From Eledone cirrhosa (Eukaryota): a stretch of 64,000 nucleotides of DNA. Each line of letters starts with the position of its first letter. Position 1 is the stretch's first letter. The stretch lies in contig OZ024752.1 of NCBI GenBank assembly GCA_964016885.1, forward strand, positions 25,916,001-25,980,000, in the 5' to 3' direction. A model generated the notes under the pieces. The model saw nothing but the letters and a program-made list of their open reading frames with translations, made no database searches and was not told the DNA's origin. Of this stretch, positions 32,406 through 46,065 are shown piece by piece. The position numbers and the translations under genes are program-made.

Positions 32406-32724
32406 CAGGGGCGTGTAATAGGTGGCCCACGGGCCACAATCCGGCCCGCAAGACCAATCAGAGTGGCCAGTGATGACTGTTTTTAATTTTTACCTTGTAG
32501 GATTATTTAGAATGTTTTTCGTAACCGTAATACAATTTTCTGTTAGTTGACCTATACTAAAGGGCTTCACTGATAGGATTATGTGTGTTATAATTTCCCA
32601 GTTCCATGTTATGGAAAGAAGTTGTGGTGAATCTTAGGAATAGTGCTTAATAAATATTAATGACCATAATAGTTGTTCGAATGTTCAAAAGTGGCCCGCC
32701 AATGGAATATGTTGCACATCCCTG
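32406..32724. mobile_element. hAT (Charlie-type) MITE
   Basis: 8-bp TSD tactagag at 32398-32405 and 32725-32732. Imperfect TIRs CAGGGGCGTGTAA / CAGGGATGTGCAA. Subterminal ggccc motifs. Confidence 0.88.
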
Positions 32725-32818
32725 TACTAGAGTTTAAGGTTTATTTTGTACGTTTAAAAATAATCTGGATATATTATAATTCTCGATACTATGTTTTATC
32801 AAAGGCTGAAACACTTAC

Positions 32819-32918
32819 CTGAGGGGGGTGCTTCTTCTCTGAAGACCTTCTGCATCCAGCTCTCTTAACAGTGTTTCTTCCCATTTTGCTGGTGTTTGTA
32901 CATACAGATTCTCGTAGG
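32819..32918 (-). CDS. Candidate 100-nt internal exon of an unidentified gene
   Basis: Acceptor tcttctcag| and consensus donor CAG|gtaagt bracket non-repetitive sequence. Two frames are open: YENLYVQTPAKWEETLLRELDAEGLQRRSTPL and LRESVCTNTSKMGRNTVKRAGCRRSSEKKHPPQ. Confidence 0.55.
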
Positions 32919-32930
32919 CTGAGAAGATTA

Positions 32931-33099
32931 CCGTATTTTCCGGCGCCGAAGACGCTTCGTCCTCGAGGACGCACCCTAATTTTGACAACCAAAAATATGG
33001 AAAAAAAATAATAAACAACCTTCGAACTCCAGGACGCATGGTAGATTTTTTAGACTTATTTTAGGAAAAAAGTAGCGTCTTCGACGCCGGGAATTACGG
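32931..33099. mobile_element. Tc1/mariner (Tc2/pogo-like) MITE
   Basis: TA-flanked. 26-bp imperfect TIRs ccgtattttccggcgccgaagacgct / ccgtaattcccggcgtcgaagacgct. Confidence 0.88.
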
Positions 33100-33229
33100 T
33101 AATACATATAATGTTCAACTTTAACACCTGTAAATCGATGAGCATGTGATTACATGAGGGCGATAAAAGCCAACAACGAAGCCTCTACGTTGTTTGTGTT
33201 AAACCACACCCCGACAGTCTGAAATAATG

Positions 33230-33362
33230 ATTTCTAGTATAGGCACAAGGCTGGTAATTTGGGGGAACGGTAAGTCGATTAAATCGACCCCAGTACGTTA
33301 CTGGTGCTTTATTTTATCGACCCCGTAAGGAGAAAGGCAAAGTTAACTTCGGCGTGATTTGA
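33230..33362 (-). mobile_element. SINE fragment (dominant family)
   Basis: ggcacaaggc...atcgaccccgtaaggagaaaggcaaagttaac. Confidence 0.8.
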
Positions 33363-33519
33363 CCACCACCCTCTCACACTCTTAAGTAATAAAAAGGCAA
33401 TCATTAGAAAATGAAGACCTACATAATCTTAAAAAGACGAGGTGAGCTCTCGGATGCTTGTGTGTAGAAGCAATACTGTGTACAGGTGTAGAATAATTAT
33501 TTTATTCTGTGTTTTAGAT

Positions 33520-33890
33520 CAGAGGTCCTCAACCTTTTGCACCACAGACCAGTGTCATGCAAGACAATTACTCCACGGGGCGGTGTCATACAAAACAATT
33601 ACCCCATGGAATGGTGTCATGCAAGATAATTCCTCCACGGACCGGTGTCATACAAGATAATTCCTCCACGGACCGGTGTCCTGCAAGATAATTCCTCCAC
33701 GGAACGGTGTCATACAAGACAGTTACCCCACGGACCGGTGTCATGCAAGACAATTCCTCCACAGAACGGTGTCATGCAATACAATCCCACAGAACGGTGT
33801 CATGCAATAAAATCCCACGGAACGGTGTCATGCAAAACAACTCCTCCACCGACCGGTGTCGTGCAAGAGAATGCCTACACGAACCAAGGG
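33520..33890. mobile_element. hAT (MER1/Charlie3-like) end containing a 31-bp minisatellite (about 11 copies)
   Basis: Starts cagaggtcctcaaccttttgcaccacagacc, then repeats cggtgtcatgcaagataattcctccacggac. The opposite TIR was not found. Confidence 0.7.
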
Positions 33891-34269
33891 GGAGAGAGGT
33901 CAGTGTCGGTCATGCACATAACAAAAACACAATAAACAATAAAGTGCATATTATATAATTTAATTATTAAGTTAATTATTACATGTATACAGTAAATGTG
34001 ACTAAACTCAACATCCATTAGATCGCGATACACTTTCTGTGCACGATGCATTTTAACTATAATATAGTTGAATAAAATCGAAGATAAAACCCCTTGAGAC
34101 GCAAAAAGTAAACAGAATCCCCTGCGAGAATCGAATCGAAATACGCCACTGCCGTATGCCGGAATGCCGTTTTACCACGACACATACTTTTGAATTTCAA
34201 TCTAAACTGCATATTTCACAAGCTTTCCGTTGTTTACACACACACAAACACACGCGCGCGCGCGCATAC

Positions 34270-34602
34270 ATATACGTTTATGTATATAAATCTCTCTCAA
34301 AGGCAGATGTTGCCAGCTTTGAGAGAGATATATGCAGGCCTCCCATGCATATCTGTCGTTGTACGTATGAAAAGAGTAAGATTTGCTGGCCACTGCCATC
34401 GTGTCACCCACGAGGCTGTGTCCCCATTAGTGCTTTGGAAATCACAATCAGTCACTAATAACAGGGGGTGCAAACTCTCCTATCCCGATGTTATCTCCAG
34501 AGATACTGGTATTGAAATACAGCACTTGGCAACGGCAATGAACGACAGACCCACGTGGAGATCAATTGTTGAGTCCATTTCGGCTGAGGCCGCCGGATGA
34601 TG

Positions 34603-34605
<3 letters not shown>
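34270..34605 (+). mobile_element. RTE-clade LINE 3' fragment
   Basis: Translation RVRFAGHCHR...LVLWK...SYPDVISRDTG...MNDRPTWRSIV resembles an RTE ORF C-terminus. It is followed by tgatgatg and (TA)n. Confidence 0.78.
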
Positions 34606-34653
<48 letters not shown>

Positions 34654-34654
34654 T

Positions 34655-34685
<31 letters not shown>

Positions 34686-34865
34686 CTAACAAAGTGATGT
34701 TTCACGTTACGGCCTTTATTGATTAAACATAGCTACGACCGTTTCACGGGTGGGTGGTTCAGGATATTTATAATATATTATTAATGCTGTAGATCCGACC
34801 CCAGTCCGATCTGATCATCAGATTTGTCAATCAAGCAAAGCCAAAATCCCATCTACTTAACCACC

Positions 34866-34955
<90 letters not shown>

Positions 34956-35136
34956 ATTGAGAAGAGCTGCGTGGTTACTGATAACGAGTGTTAGAAAGTT
35001 AAGGGAATACAAACAAGAGATAGACATTTTCCCTTCATCAGTTGTCTACTTCCCGTCACGGATGTTTCAGCGCACTAAAATGTCTATAATGTCTTAACTT
35101 TCTAACACACACACACACACTATATATATATATATA

Positions 35137-35211
35137 CAGGGTGTCCCCAAAATGTATACACACTTCAACAGTATTCTAATCAAAGTGTGTATACATTTTT
35201 TGGACACCCTG
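35137..35211. mobile_element. 75-bp mariner-type MITE
   Basis: TIRs cagggtgtcc..aaaatgtatacacactt, TA flanks, inserted in (TA)n. Confidence 0.88.
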
Positions 35212-35212
35212 T

Positions 35213-35335
<123 letters not shown>

Positions 35336-36169
35336 CATGGTGGCGGTGAAAGAAGGTGAGAGTGTATATACATGGTGGCGGTGAAAGAAGTGTGAGAGTG
35401 CGTGTGTGTGTGTGTGTGTGCGTGTGTGTGCGTGTGTGTGTGTGCGTGTGTATGTGTGTGTGTGCGTGTGTGTAGAGGCATAGAGATCAGGATTAGAAAC
35501 GGAAACATGAATATTCGTGCAACACGAAACTTTCAACGTGATGTCCCTCCTAATCCTGGTTACCAGAATTATTAATCTAGGCTCTAATATACGGGAGTAG
35601 ACTGTATTTCTAGGCTTCACACTGCCTACGGGTCGGATGCGCCAGACACACACACACACGCACACTCATCCGCGCACACATACACAGACACACACACACT
35701 CATCCGCACACACATACACAGATACACACACACACACTCATCCGCAAACACATACACAGACATACACTCATGCACACACATACATAAACACACACACACA
35801 CTCATCCACAGACGCACACACACACACACACTCATCCGCACACACATACACAGACTCACACTCATGCACACACATACACACACACACACACACACTCATC
35901 CACACATACACAGACACACACACTCATGCACACACACATACACAGACACACATACACACACACACACACACTCATGCACACACATACACAGACACACACA
36001 CACATACACACATACATGCAGTCACACACACACATACACACACATACATACACACACAAACACACACTAACATACACACACATACACGCATACGTTCACG
36101 TATTAATAAACGCATGTATTAACCTTCAAATCTAATTAAAGAAGAATATTATTTTCACTATTGTTATTT

Positions 36170-36295
36170 CCTTGAGGTCCCAGGTTCGATCCTATTGCCT
36201 GGCCCTTTGGATATGTGTCATTTACCATAACCTCGGATCACACTATGTTTTGTGAATGAGATTTTAGACGGAAACTGTCTGGAAGCCCGTTGGAT
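36170..36295 (+). mobile_element. Diverged SINE fragment (second family)
   Basis: ggttcgatcc B box followed by ...agacggaaactg...gaagcccgt. Confidence 0.55.
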
Positions 36296-36539
36296 TGACT
36301 GTACTTGTAAACGAAAGAGTAACTAATGATTCACTAATGAGGTCTAATGAGACCAAAACTTGTCCATAGTTTTCCCTTCAGTGTTAAATATCAGACTCAC
36401 CCCTATCCACTATGATTAATCTTAATTAATTAAAATGTGATGATTGTCACCGCTTCCTGTTTCTACCCGAATTAATCATTTAGGAAATTATTGTTCTCGT
36501 CATTAATAATGTAATTTTAATTAATTAGCAATACTTGGT

Positions 36540-37157
36540 TTCTTCTTCTTCTTCTTCTCCGCCTCCTCCTCCTCCCCTCCTCCTTCTTATTCTTCTTCTT
36601 CATTTCCTTTTGCTCCTTATGGATCATTGGGAGACGAGACATCTCCATTCCACGAGGGTTATAAACCCTCTAATGGCCCTGCTCCCAAGTCAGGCCAGCA
36701 TCTGCCAGGTCATCTTCCACCGACTTCAACCAAATCTTGAAGAATGCGCCATGCTTCCTACCCCTCACCCAACCCTTCAGCTATCTTCTGTCTTACATTC
36801 GAGGGAGGCCCTCAGGGGTCTCTCTGTGGACATGTGTTGGGTGAGGTCAAGCATTTTCCACCGTCATATGGTGATGGTATCTCGTAAGTTATTCAGCCGA
36901 GGCCTTTCCATACATCTAACAGTAGAAATATACAAGTCAGGCCAGCGTCTGCCAGGTCATCTTCCACCGACCTCAACCAGATCTTGACGAATGTGCCATG
37001 CCTCCTATACTTCAGCTATCTTCTGCTTTACATTCGGGGGAGGCCCTCAAGGCCTCTGTGTGGACATGAGATCAAGCATTTTCCACCGTCATATGGTGAT
37101 GGTATCTCGTAAGTTATTCAGCCGAGGCCTTTCCATACATCTAACAGTAGAAATATA
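36540..37157 (-). mobile_element. Decayed RTE-like 3' end with (AAG)n tail and a ~246-bp tandem duplication
   Basis: Minus frame WLKSVEDDLADAGLTWEQ. caagtcaggccagc.tctgccaggtcatcttccaccgac occurs at 36687 and 36933. Confidence 0.6.
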
Positions 37158-37344
37158 TTGTTAATAAGCTGAGTCAGTGAACCCACTTTTGGTAACCCTT
37201 TTGTAATCCTTTTGACTCTATTAGGTTATTAACCTCCATAGAACAGGCATGAACGTCAAAACATCTTAATTCGTAGATTCTCTTAAAATTAGTGTTCGTG
37301 TGTCTGGATAAGATGGCAATGGCGTATTTTTCCATTATAATCCC

Positions 37345-38080
37345 CTACGTGTATGTATGTGTGTATGAATGTATGTATGTATGTGTATGTATGTATGTGT
37401 ATGTATGTATTTATGTATGTGTATGTATGTATGTATGTGCATACGTGTATGTGTATGTACGTGTGTGTATGTACGGATGTGCATGTGTGTATGTACGTGT
37501 GTGTATGTACGTGTGTGTATGTACGTGTGGGTATGTACGTATGTACATGTGTGTATGTACGGGTGTGTATGTACGTATGTGCATGTGTGTATGTGTATGT
37601 ACGTTTGTGTATGTACGTATGTACATGTGTGTATGTGTATGTACGTTTGTGTATGTACGTATGTACATGTGTGTATGTACGTTTGTGTATGTACGTATGT
37701 GCATGTGTGTATGTGTATGTGCGTGTGTGTATGTGCGTGTGTGTATGTACGTATGTGCATGTGTGTATGTATATGTACGTGTGTGTATGTACGTGTGTGT
37801 ATGTACGTATGCACATGTGTGTATGTGTATGTACGTTTGTGTATATACGTATGTACACGTGTGTATGTGCATGTACGTGTGTGTATGTACGTATGTGCAT
37901 GTGTGTATGTGTATGTACGTGTGTGTATGTACGTATGTACATGTGTGTATGTGTATGTACGTTTGTGTATGTACGTATGTACATGTGTGTATGTGTATGT
38001 ACGTCTGTGTATGTACGTATGTACACGTGTGTATGTGTATGTACGTGTGTGTATGTACGTATGTTCACGTGTGTATGTGA
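37345..38080. repeat. GTAT/ACGT compound minisatellite (about 34-40-bp period)
   Basis: Recurrent gtgtatgtacgtatgt(a/g)catgtgtgtat. Confidence 0.88.
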
Positions 38081-38359
38081 ATGTGCTACTACCAACACCA
38101 CCACGGCCATTTATACCACCACTACAGCACCACAACCACCACTACCATCACTACAGCACCACTACCACTGCCACTGTTCTACAATCACTGGTCACCAGCC
38201 AACAAGGAAGACATTACGTGGTTGTACGACCTGCTAGAAATATTAGCCAAAATCACTCAAATACCACTTTATCATCTTAATGTGGTCCTGGATTTTCTGT
38301 ACATTTTAAAATGGTGAAGTAATTCCGATAATGAAAAGAAAGACATACTCGAGTAAAAC

Positions 38360-38530
38360 ACATACTCTTTTACGCTTTTACCTGTTCCAGCCATCAGGCT
38401 GCGGCCATGCTGGGGCACCGCCCTTTAAAACACATACTCTTTTACTCTTTTACTCTTTTACTCTTTTACTCTTTTACTCTTTTACCTGCTCCAGCCATCT
38501 GGATGGGGTCATGCTGGGGCACCACCCTTT
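38360..38530 (-). mobile_element. Two short SINE-tail fragments with (AAAAGAGT)n
   Basis: ctcttttac repeats followed by ccagccat...catgctggggcacc, present twice. Confidence 0.55.
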
Positions 38531-39077
38531 ACACGGCCCATACATAAAATCACCAAATATGTGAACAGCATTATGAAATACACACCAGAGACATATGGTT
38601 TGAGGTTATCTAAAGAATTTCTACAGATTTTTAGAAGAAACTAAAGAAGTACTTCATATGTAAATATACTTTAATTGTTGAAGTGACGTCCGAACGAGTA
38701 TCCTCCACCACCACCACCAACTAACTTACCCTCCGCCACTGGGCCCCGGCCGACAGGATGGAGAATACATTGCCCCGGAGGACGGTGAGGGAGATGCACT
38801 CAAACAGCCACTCTACCTCGCGGGGCTCACATTAAATAAAACAGGTGATGACAGCTGGAATGCCTACTAAGACAGGGCTCACTCAGACGGTAAACAACAT
38901 CAATGGAGCTATTATAACTGAAGGGTCTTTTCCGGTTTACAATGTCTACAAAGATGTAGTTTGGCAAGCTGTTTACTTCAATCATATTCCCACACCATTT
39001 TTTTTTTTTATTTCTCTATTTCTCTATTACTCTAGCCAGGCTGAGGCCATGATGGGGCACAGCCATTCTTTCCATCA

Positions 39078-39275
39078 TTGGTACAAGACCAGAAATTTAA
39101 GGGAATGGAAAGTCGATTAAATTCACCGTTATTCTTTATTGGCACTATATTTTATAGAACCCGGAAGAATAAAAGGCAAAGTCGACCTCGGTGGGATTTG
39201 AACTCAAGACTTATAAAGTCGAATATAAATACTGTAACACATTTTGTCCGACGCTCTACCAATTCTACCAATCTA
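39078..39275 (-). mobile_element. Diverged SINE (dominant family)
   Basis: aaaggcaaagtcgacctcggtgggatttgaactc...gtccgacgctctac. Confidence 0.75.
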
Positions 39276-39819
39276 ACTCCCCACCCCGACCCCACCCCCA
39301 CAGACTTTAGTCTGGGATATATAAGAAAAAGATATGCATGCAAAAACAAAAAGAAAACTGGACATTCTGGTGCTTTTTAAGGAAGAACGAAGTCGTCTCC
39401 TCTAAAAACAATCGATAAATGTTACAGAGTGGTTATGTAAATCATTCAACAAAATTCTGAAGATTCTCCATTTCAGTTTCCTGGAATGAAAATACGCACA
39501 CAATCACACGGCTGCGTGTTGTATAAAAATATGTACATGTATATAGAATATTCAAACATATATTTGTGCATTAAAGAGGCATACACCTATATATATGTAC
39601 ACACGAATTCACTCACATATCCACAAATCCTCAAAATTGAAACTAAACAGCCTTGTCACTTTGTTAATAACCAGCTTAAAATCTGCAAAAAATATTTTAG
39701 TGAAAAATTTAAGAAAAATATACATGCATATATACATACATACGTAATACATACATACATACATACATACATACATACATACATACATACATACATACAT
39801 ACATACATACATACATACA

Positions 39820-42690
39820 GCCGTTGTATACAACCGTTGTATACAGTGGAGCTACGAGCTTAACAAAGAATTATATGAAGCATACAAACAATCTGAACCC
39901 CAAAAGTTCGGTTTATGCAAAGGCTAAAAACTTTATGGAACTCCAAACACCCAGAATTATACTTTTCTCCAAAGCATTTAAATGAACAGGCAAAACGTAT
40001 CATTAGATGTAAATTGATACATCTAACGGAATTGAGTGATACTACAAATACAGCCCTTGTAGACAACCACCCCACCTCCACTGACAGACAAAGAGAATGG
40101 CCAGCTAAATCTAACAGTGAACAGCTCACCAACAATTTTGCTGAAATCCATCCCACTTCCACTGAAAAACAGCGAGAAAGGTCAGCTAACTCTAGTAGTA
40201 ATTGTCACCACATCAACAACGAGGCTGAAATTCATGACTCTATTGAACAAACAGAACACCAAAAACTTGTGGACACCTTACAAGTGATATGGAACGATAT
40301 GTTTCAAGAGATACACAGCCTTAATGTGAGTGACAGACCATACAACACCAGAATCAGCAAAGAACCCACTAAATTGGAATTGGAAGCGGTGAACGAAATA
40401 GCTGGCAATTATCTGAAGGCTATACGATCTAAAGGTGTAGAAACGACATTTGAAACACTTAATATTTTGTTATATGTTTCAGCTGTCACATTGCTATCAT
40501 ATAACACACATCTAAAACCACGCAATCAAGATACAAACAAAAAGCCTGAACCAGCGTGGATGCGAAATTTAAAAACCAAAATTTTGTCCCTGAGACGAAG
40601 TATCTCACACATCGCAGTCGTTATGAAATGCAACAGAGAGCAACTTCACACGACACCAGGAAGACCTAAAAATGTTAGAGAGACGATTTGGAGATACAAA
40701 ATTTTAAACTTTGAACTCCAAATTACACCAGTTGACACAACAACTCACAGCTACAGCAGAAAGACTAAAATATAAGTCAACAGCACATAAACGACAAGTG
40801 CTAAATAGATTGTTTGCCAGAGATCCTAAATCAGTTTATCGCAGCTTCGGTGGCAAAAGCTCAATCCCTGTAAATGACACCCCTTGAAAAGAACAGGTTG
40901 AGAGATACTGGAGATCTATATGGGAAACGGATGACGGATTCAACAGACAAACTAATTGGCTAAAAGAACTGGAACAGGACTACTGCCAACATGTCCAGAC
41001 AAAACAATATGACATAGATGGGTCAATACAGAAAATGTCGAATAGGGAATCGCCAGGCCCAGACATCATTACAGGATACTGGTTGAAGAATTTCACTTTC
41101 TATCGGCAAGATCTCAAACGGCTGTTTACAGAAACCATTAAAGGCACACAAGAACTGCCCAGATGGTTATCAACTGTCACTACTCTCCTCATTCCCAAAA
41201 ATAGCCAAACCACCCTTGCTAAAAATTACCGCCCGCCAAAACATCATGTATAAATTATATACTGGGTGCCTTAACCTGTTCTTACAGGATCACTGTGCTA
41301 CCAACAACATCATAACACCTGAGCAAGCTGGTGGAAAGAGGGAGGTGTGGGGTTGCATAGACCACCTACTAATTAATAAAATGATTCAGGAAAAAACAAC
41401 AAAGAATCGCAGAAACATGACTGTGGTGTGGCTGGACTATCAAAAAGCATTTGATAGTGTACCTCATGGGTGGATTATTAAGGCTTTACAGTTAGCCAAA
41501 GTCCCACAACCATTGGTAGCTGCTGTTGAACGCCTGACCAAGAACTGGTACACCAATTTGATCCTTAGAGGTGAGAAGGAGCAGGTTAGGACTGATAAGA
41601 TACATTACCAGAAGGGCATCTTTCAGGGTGATAGCTTGTCAGTGCTACTCTTCGTTCTCTCACTGAATCCACTATCTTACCTACTCAGGAAACAAGGTGG
41701 ACAAAGAAGTGGGTCCAGAAGTATCTCCCATCTTTTCTTTGTTGCTGACCTGAAGTTGTATGGGCCAAATATCAATGACATCAAGAAACAATTGGATCTC
41801 ATTACACAATTTTCAACCGACATCAAAATGACCAATTTACAGAAAAAGGTGTGCATGGATACTTGAGACGTAAAACACAGACCATAGAGGGGATAAACCA
41901 CTCAAAAAGCCGGGCATGGAGTTCCGACAAGTTTATAACATCACACCATGAGGGATATCTCTATGCAATACAGGAACAAGAACTCCCTACCAAATATCTG
42001 CTGCACAAAAGAGGAGGGCCAGCAGCTGACAATAAATGTAGGCTATGTAAAACAAAGATCGAGGATGTAAGCCACATTGTTGCCAGCTGCGGAAGAATGT
42101 CATCTCGCTACTACCTCCCCATGAGACACGATGGGGTAGCTAGAACCATCTGGAACGCACTTCGGAAAACAAAATTAACAACAAACGAGGAAGAATATAT
42201 TGAGACAGATGGCACTAAGGAATACTGGTGGAACCTGAAAATAAAAACTGCCACCAAATTAAAGCACAACCGGCCTGATATTGTTGTTTGGGACCACACA
42301 TTGAAAATGTGTTCTATTGTGGAGATCAGCTGCCCACTTGATGTAAACGTTGTCAGGAAAATACAGGAGAAGGAGGACATCTACGGACCATTGATGAGGA
42401 GTTTACAAATCTAGTATCCAAGATACACCTTTAGCTTCAAACCCATCATTATTGGAGCTACAGGTTATATACCAACCCGCTTGGACCAAAGTATGACTGA
42501 ACTTGGATTTGCGGACAAAAAGCGCAGCTCCCTAATTCATAGTCTACAAATGGCTGCGATAGCTGGCGCCTTCAAAATCTGCAAAACATTCTTCGATTCA
42601 AGGGATGACAATTTCTTTTCTTTTACAACCTTGCCACCAGGAAGGTGGCCGGTCAAAAAGAAATATACTCGAAATTAAGAGAAAGAAATA
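39820..42690 (+). mobile_element. R4/Dong-clade (RLE-type) non-LTR retrotransposon, copy A, defective
   Basis: RT motifs PGPD, NYRP, EQAG, WLDYQKAFDSVPH, GIFQGDSLS and SHLFFVADLKLY (catalytic DD changed to AD). CCHC knuckle CRLC...H...C and RLE motifs RHD/RPDIVV/EISCP. Frameshifts, stops and a ~660-bp internal deletion at ~41830. (CATA)n on both sides. Confidence 0.9.
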
Positions 42691-42793
42691 GCATACATAC
42701 ATACATACGCATTGAAATTATAAAACCAGAATAACATACATACATATACATACATACATATACATACATACATTTATACATAAATACATATAT

Positions 42794-43401
42794 GGTGGCT
42801 GCCAACTCGTTTTCGAGTACGGCCACTACTTTATATCCATGTAGGAGAAATACTACCGATGCGCTGAACGAGTGTGACTTTTTAGTTCAGCCAGCGACTT
42901 GAAAACTCTGGTACAAACACTACACTTGTGAGAATTATTGACACATAGTGCTGGGCCCATGGTACCATGTGATGACAAGTGCATAGAGATCTCCAGATAT
43001 AAAAAAATGCCTGTGCCGTGAAGCTTTTATAGTGAGCAAAGGCACTGCACAAAGCCAGTCCCACTCTCTTAACGAAGATGATATTTACCAAAAAGAAGAA
43101 CAAGTCAACATCATTGGATACCATCAGAGTTGCAGGTGTTATATCAGAGTTTTCCTTCTCCTAGAATTCTGCCTTGACAAAGGCTAAGGGGTCATCTCTC
43201 CCGGTGATTTTGGATGGCCATTGACTCTTAAGAGCTCCTTTGCCCTTTGACAGGTTTTGTTTTTAGTCCTGCAGGATGTCCAAAGTCACCCTCCTCACCA
43301 AGAAACATTGGTGGGGTTGCCAGTTTAGTCGCCAACGACCCGACTATGAGACAGGTTGTACTGGGATACATGTTACCAGTAGCACCAACTGGTGACCTGA
43401 C
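42794..43401 (-). mobile_element. ~608-bp non-coding RTE-like (bipartite) element X, copy 1
   Basis: Minus strand has RTE 5'UTR-like gtcaatggccatcc...ctaggagaaggaaaactctga and ends gaaaacgagttggcagccacc followed by AT-rich repeat. Further copies at 47713 and 50218. Confidence 0.7.
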
Positions 43402-43482
43402 ATAAATACATATATACATACATATATACATACATACATATACATACAGACCTATACATACATACATACATACATACATACA

Positions 43483-43518
<36 letters not shown>

Positions 43519-43776
43519 TATACATACATAGATATATATACATACATATAGATACATACATATACATATATATACACACATATATACATAAATACATACA
43601 TATATACTACATACATACATACATAAATACATACATATACATGCATATACATGCATATACATATACATACATATACATGCATATACACATACATACATAC
43701 ATACATACATACATACATACATACATACATACATACATACATACATACATACATACATACATACATACATACATAC

Positions 43777-45262
43777 AAAACGTGGAAGAGCTGTGCCCTC
43801 CTCTAGAAATCTAGAGATGAACGGCCTGACAATACAACCTCTGCAGTCAGGTGACAACTACAGATATCTTGGACAGGATGAGAATGTCAGATATGATGGA
43901 CCCATAAATAAGGAGAGAACCAGAACTGAATACCTCAGAAGAGTAAAGAAAATATGGTCATCAGAACTGTCAGCATACAACAAATACATTGCCCACAATA
44001 CTTATGCTGTGCCAATTCTAACGCCAACATTTGGCCTACTGAACTGGTCATTGCAAGAACTAAGTGAGATGGATGTTAGAACTCGAAAACTTCTCAGTGT
44101 TACTGGGAACTTTAACATCAATGGTGATGTGGATAGGCTATACTTCTCACGCAAGGAAGGTGGCCGGGGTCTAAAATCAATATTAACAACATATGAGACC
44201 CGGATAGTGACACTGAAGCAACACCTTCAACAGAGGAAAAAGGTTGGCAACCATCTTGCCCAGGTTTATGACCATGAAAAAAGAAATATCATTAGAATAG
44301 CGACTGATCTGGAGGAGAGATATGGAATAAAGCCTGATATAAATCTCTTACCCAGAGAAATCGGAAGATCCTATTCAATGTTCAAACAAGATGAAAAAAT
44401 TGACCAATTTACATAAAAAGTTGTGCATGGATACTTGAGGCGTAAAACACAGACCATAGAGGGGATAAACCACTCAAAAAGCCTGGCATGGAGTTCCGAC
44501 AAGTTTATAACATCACACCATGAGGGATATCTCTATGCAATACAGGAACAAGAACTCCCTACCAAATATCTGCTGCACAAAAGAGGAGGGCCAGCAGCTG
44601 ACAATAAATGTAGGCTATGTAAAACAAAGATCGAGGATGTAAGCCACATTGTTGCCAGCTGCGGAAGAATGTCATCTCGCTACTACCTCCCCATGAGACA
44701 CGATGGGATAGCTAGAACCATCTGGAACGCACTTCGGAAAACAAAATTAACAACAAACGAGGAAGAATATATTGAGACAGATGGCACTAAGGAATACTGG
44801 TGGAACCTGAAAATAAAAACTGCCACCAAATTAAAGCACAACCGGCCTGATATTGTAGTTTGGGACCACACATTGAAAACGTGTTCTGTTGTGGAGATCA
44901 GCTGCCCACTTGATGTAAACGTTGTCAGAAAAATACAGGAGAAGGAGGACATCTACGGACCATTGATGAGGAGTTTACAAATCCAGTATCCAAGATACAC
45001 CTTTAGCTTCATACCCATCATTATTGGTGCGACGGGTTATATACCAACCCGCTTGGACCAAAGTATGACTGAACTTGGATTTGTGGACAAAAAGCGCAGC
45101 TCCCTAATTCATAGTCTACAAATGGCTGCGATAGCTGGCACCTTCAAAATTTGCAAAACATTCTTGCGATTCAAGGGATGACAATTTCTTTTCTTTTACA
45201 ACCTTGCCACCAGGAAGGTGGCCGGTCAAAAAAATATACTCGAAATTAAGAGAAAGAGAAAA
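43777..45262 (+). mobile_element. R4/Dong-clade element copy B, 5'-truncated
   Basis: YRYLG, GGRGL, CCHC and RLE motifs. One in-frame stop at 44414. Same 3'UTR as copy A. (CATA)n on both sides. Confidence 0.9.
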
Positions 45263-45938
45263 CATACATACATACATACATACATACATACATACATACA
45301 TACATACATACATACGTACATCAGGGGGCTGGTGTGGGTTATGGCTGATTTACGGAATATAGGTATTCGCGCCGGTGTTGGTTTAACAGGAATTACAGAT
45401 GCGGGTCAGCGGTTGGTTTAACGGTATTTTTTTTAGTATTTATGGTTTTCGGCAATCGACAGTCTTATTTGCATACAACATATATACATACATATACGCA
45501 TACATACATGTATACATTCATACATACATACGTACATACATATATACATACATTAATACATGCATACATACATACACGTCCGTACACAAATGTATACATA
45601 CATGCATACATACGTACATACATATACACACATAGATACATACACACATACACACATACGTCCGTTCATACACAAATACATAAATACATACATAGATAAT
45701 ACATACATACGCTTTGGGGATGCGGTAGGACCTCCATCGGTGCCGACGATGAGTGTATCAGTTGTTTGATCAAGGGAATAATCTGTTCGTGGCTGAATAT
45801 TCAATATACACATGAACACTTAACGCAATTCTCAGGGAGATTCAGCGTGAAACGGTATGTAACAAGCTTTGCATTACAGGTACAACATACATTAGTGCCA
45901 GCAGAGTGGACGGGAGCCACGAGAATATACGGTATTAT

Positions 45939-46006
<68 letters not shown>

Positions 46007-46065
46007 CAATGATATTAATAAATGGAAACTGTTTTCATAAAACCATATTTATTCTATTATATATA

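Noticed and set aside
34988-35108. 16-bp inverted repeat enclosing GAAAC...CTGATGA on the minus strand (permuted hammerhead)
   Set aside because: Stem I cannot form and stem II is mismatched at the core, so it is not supportable as a ribozyme.
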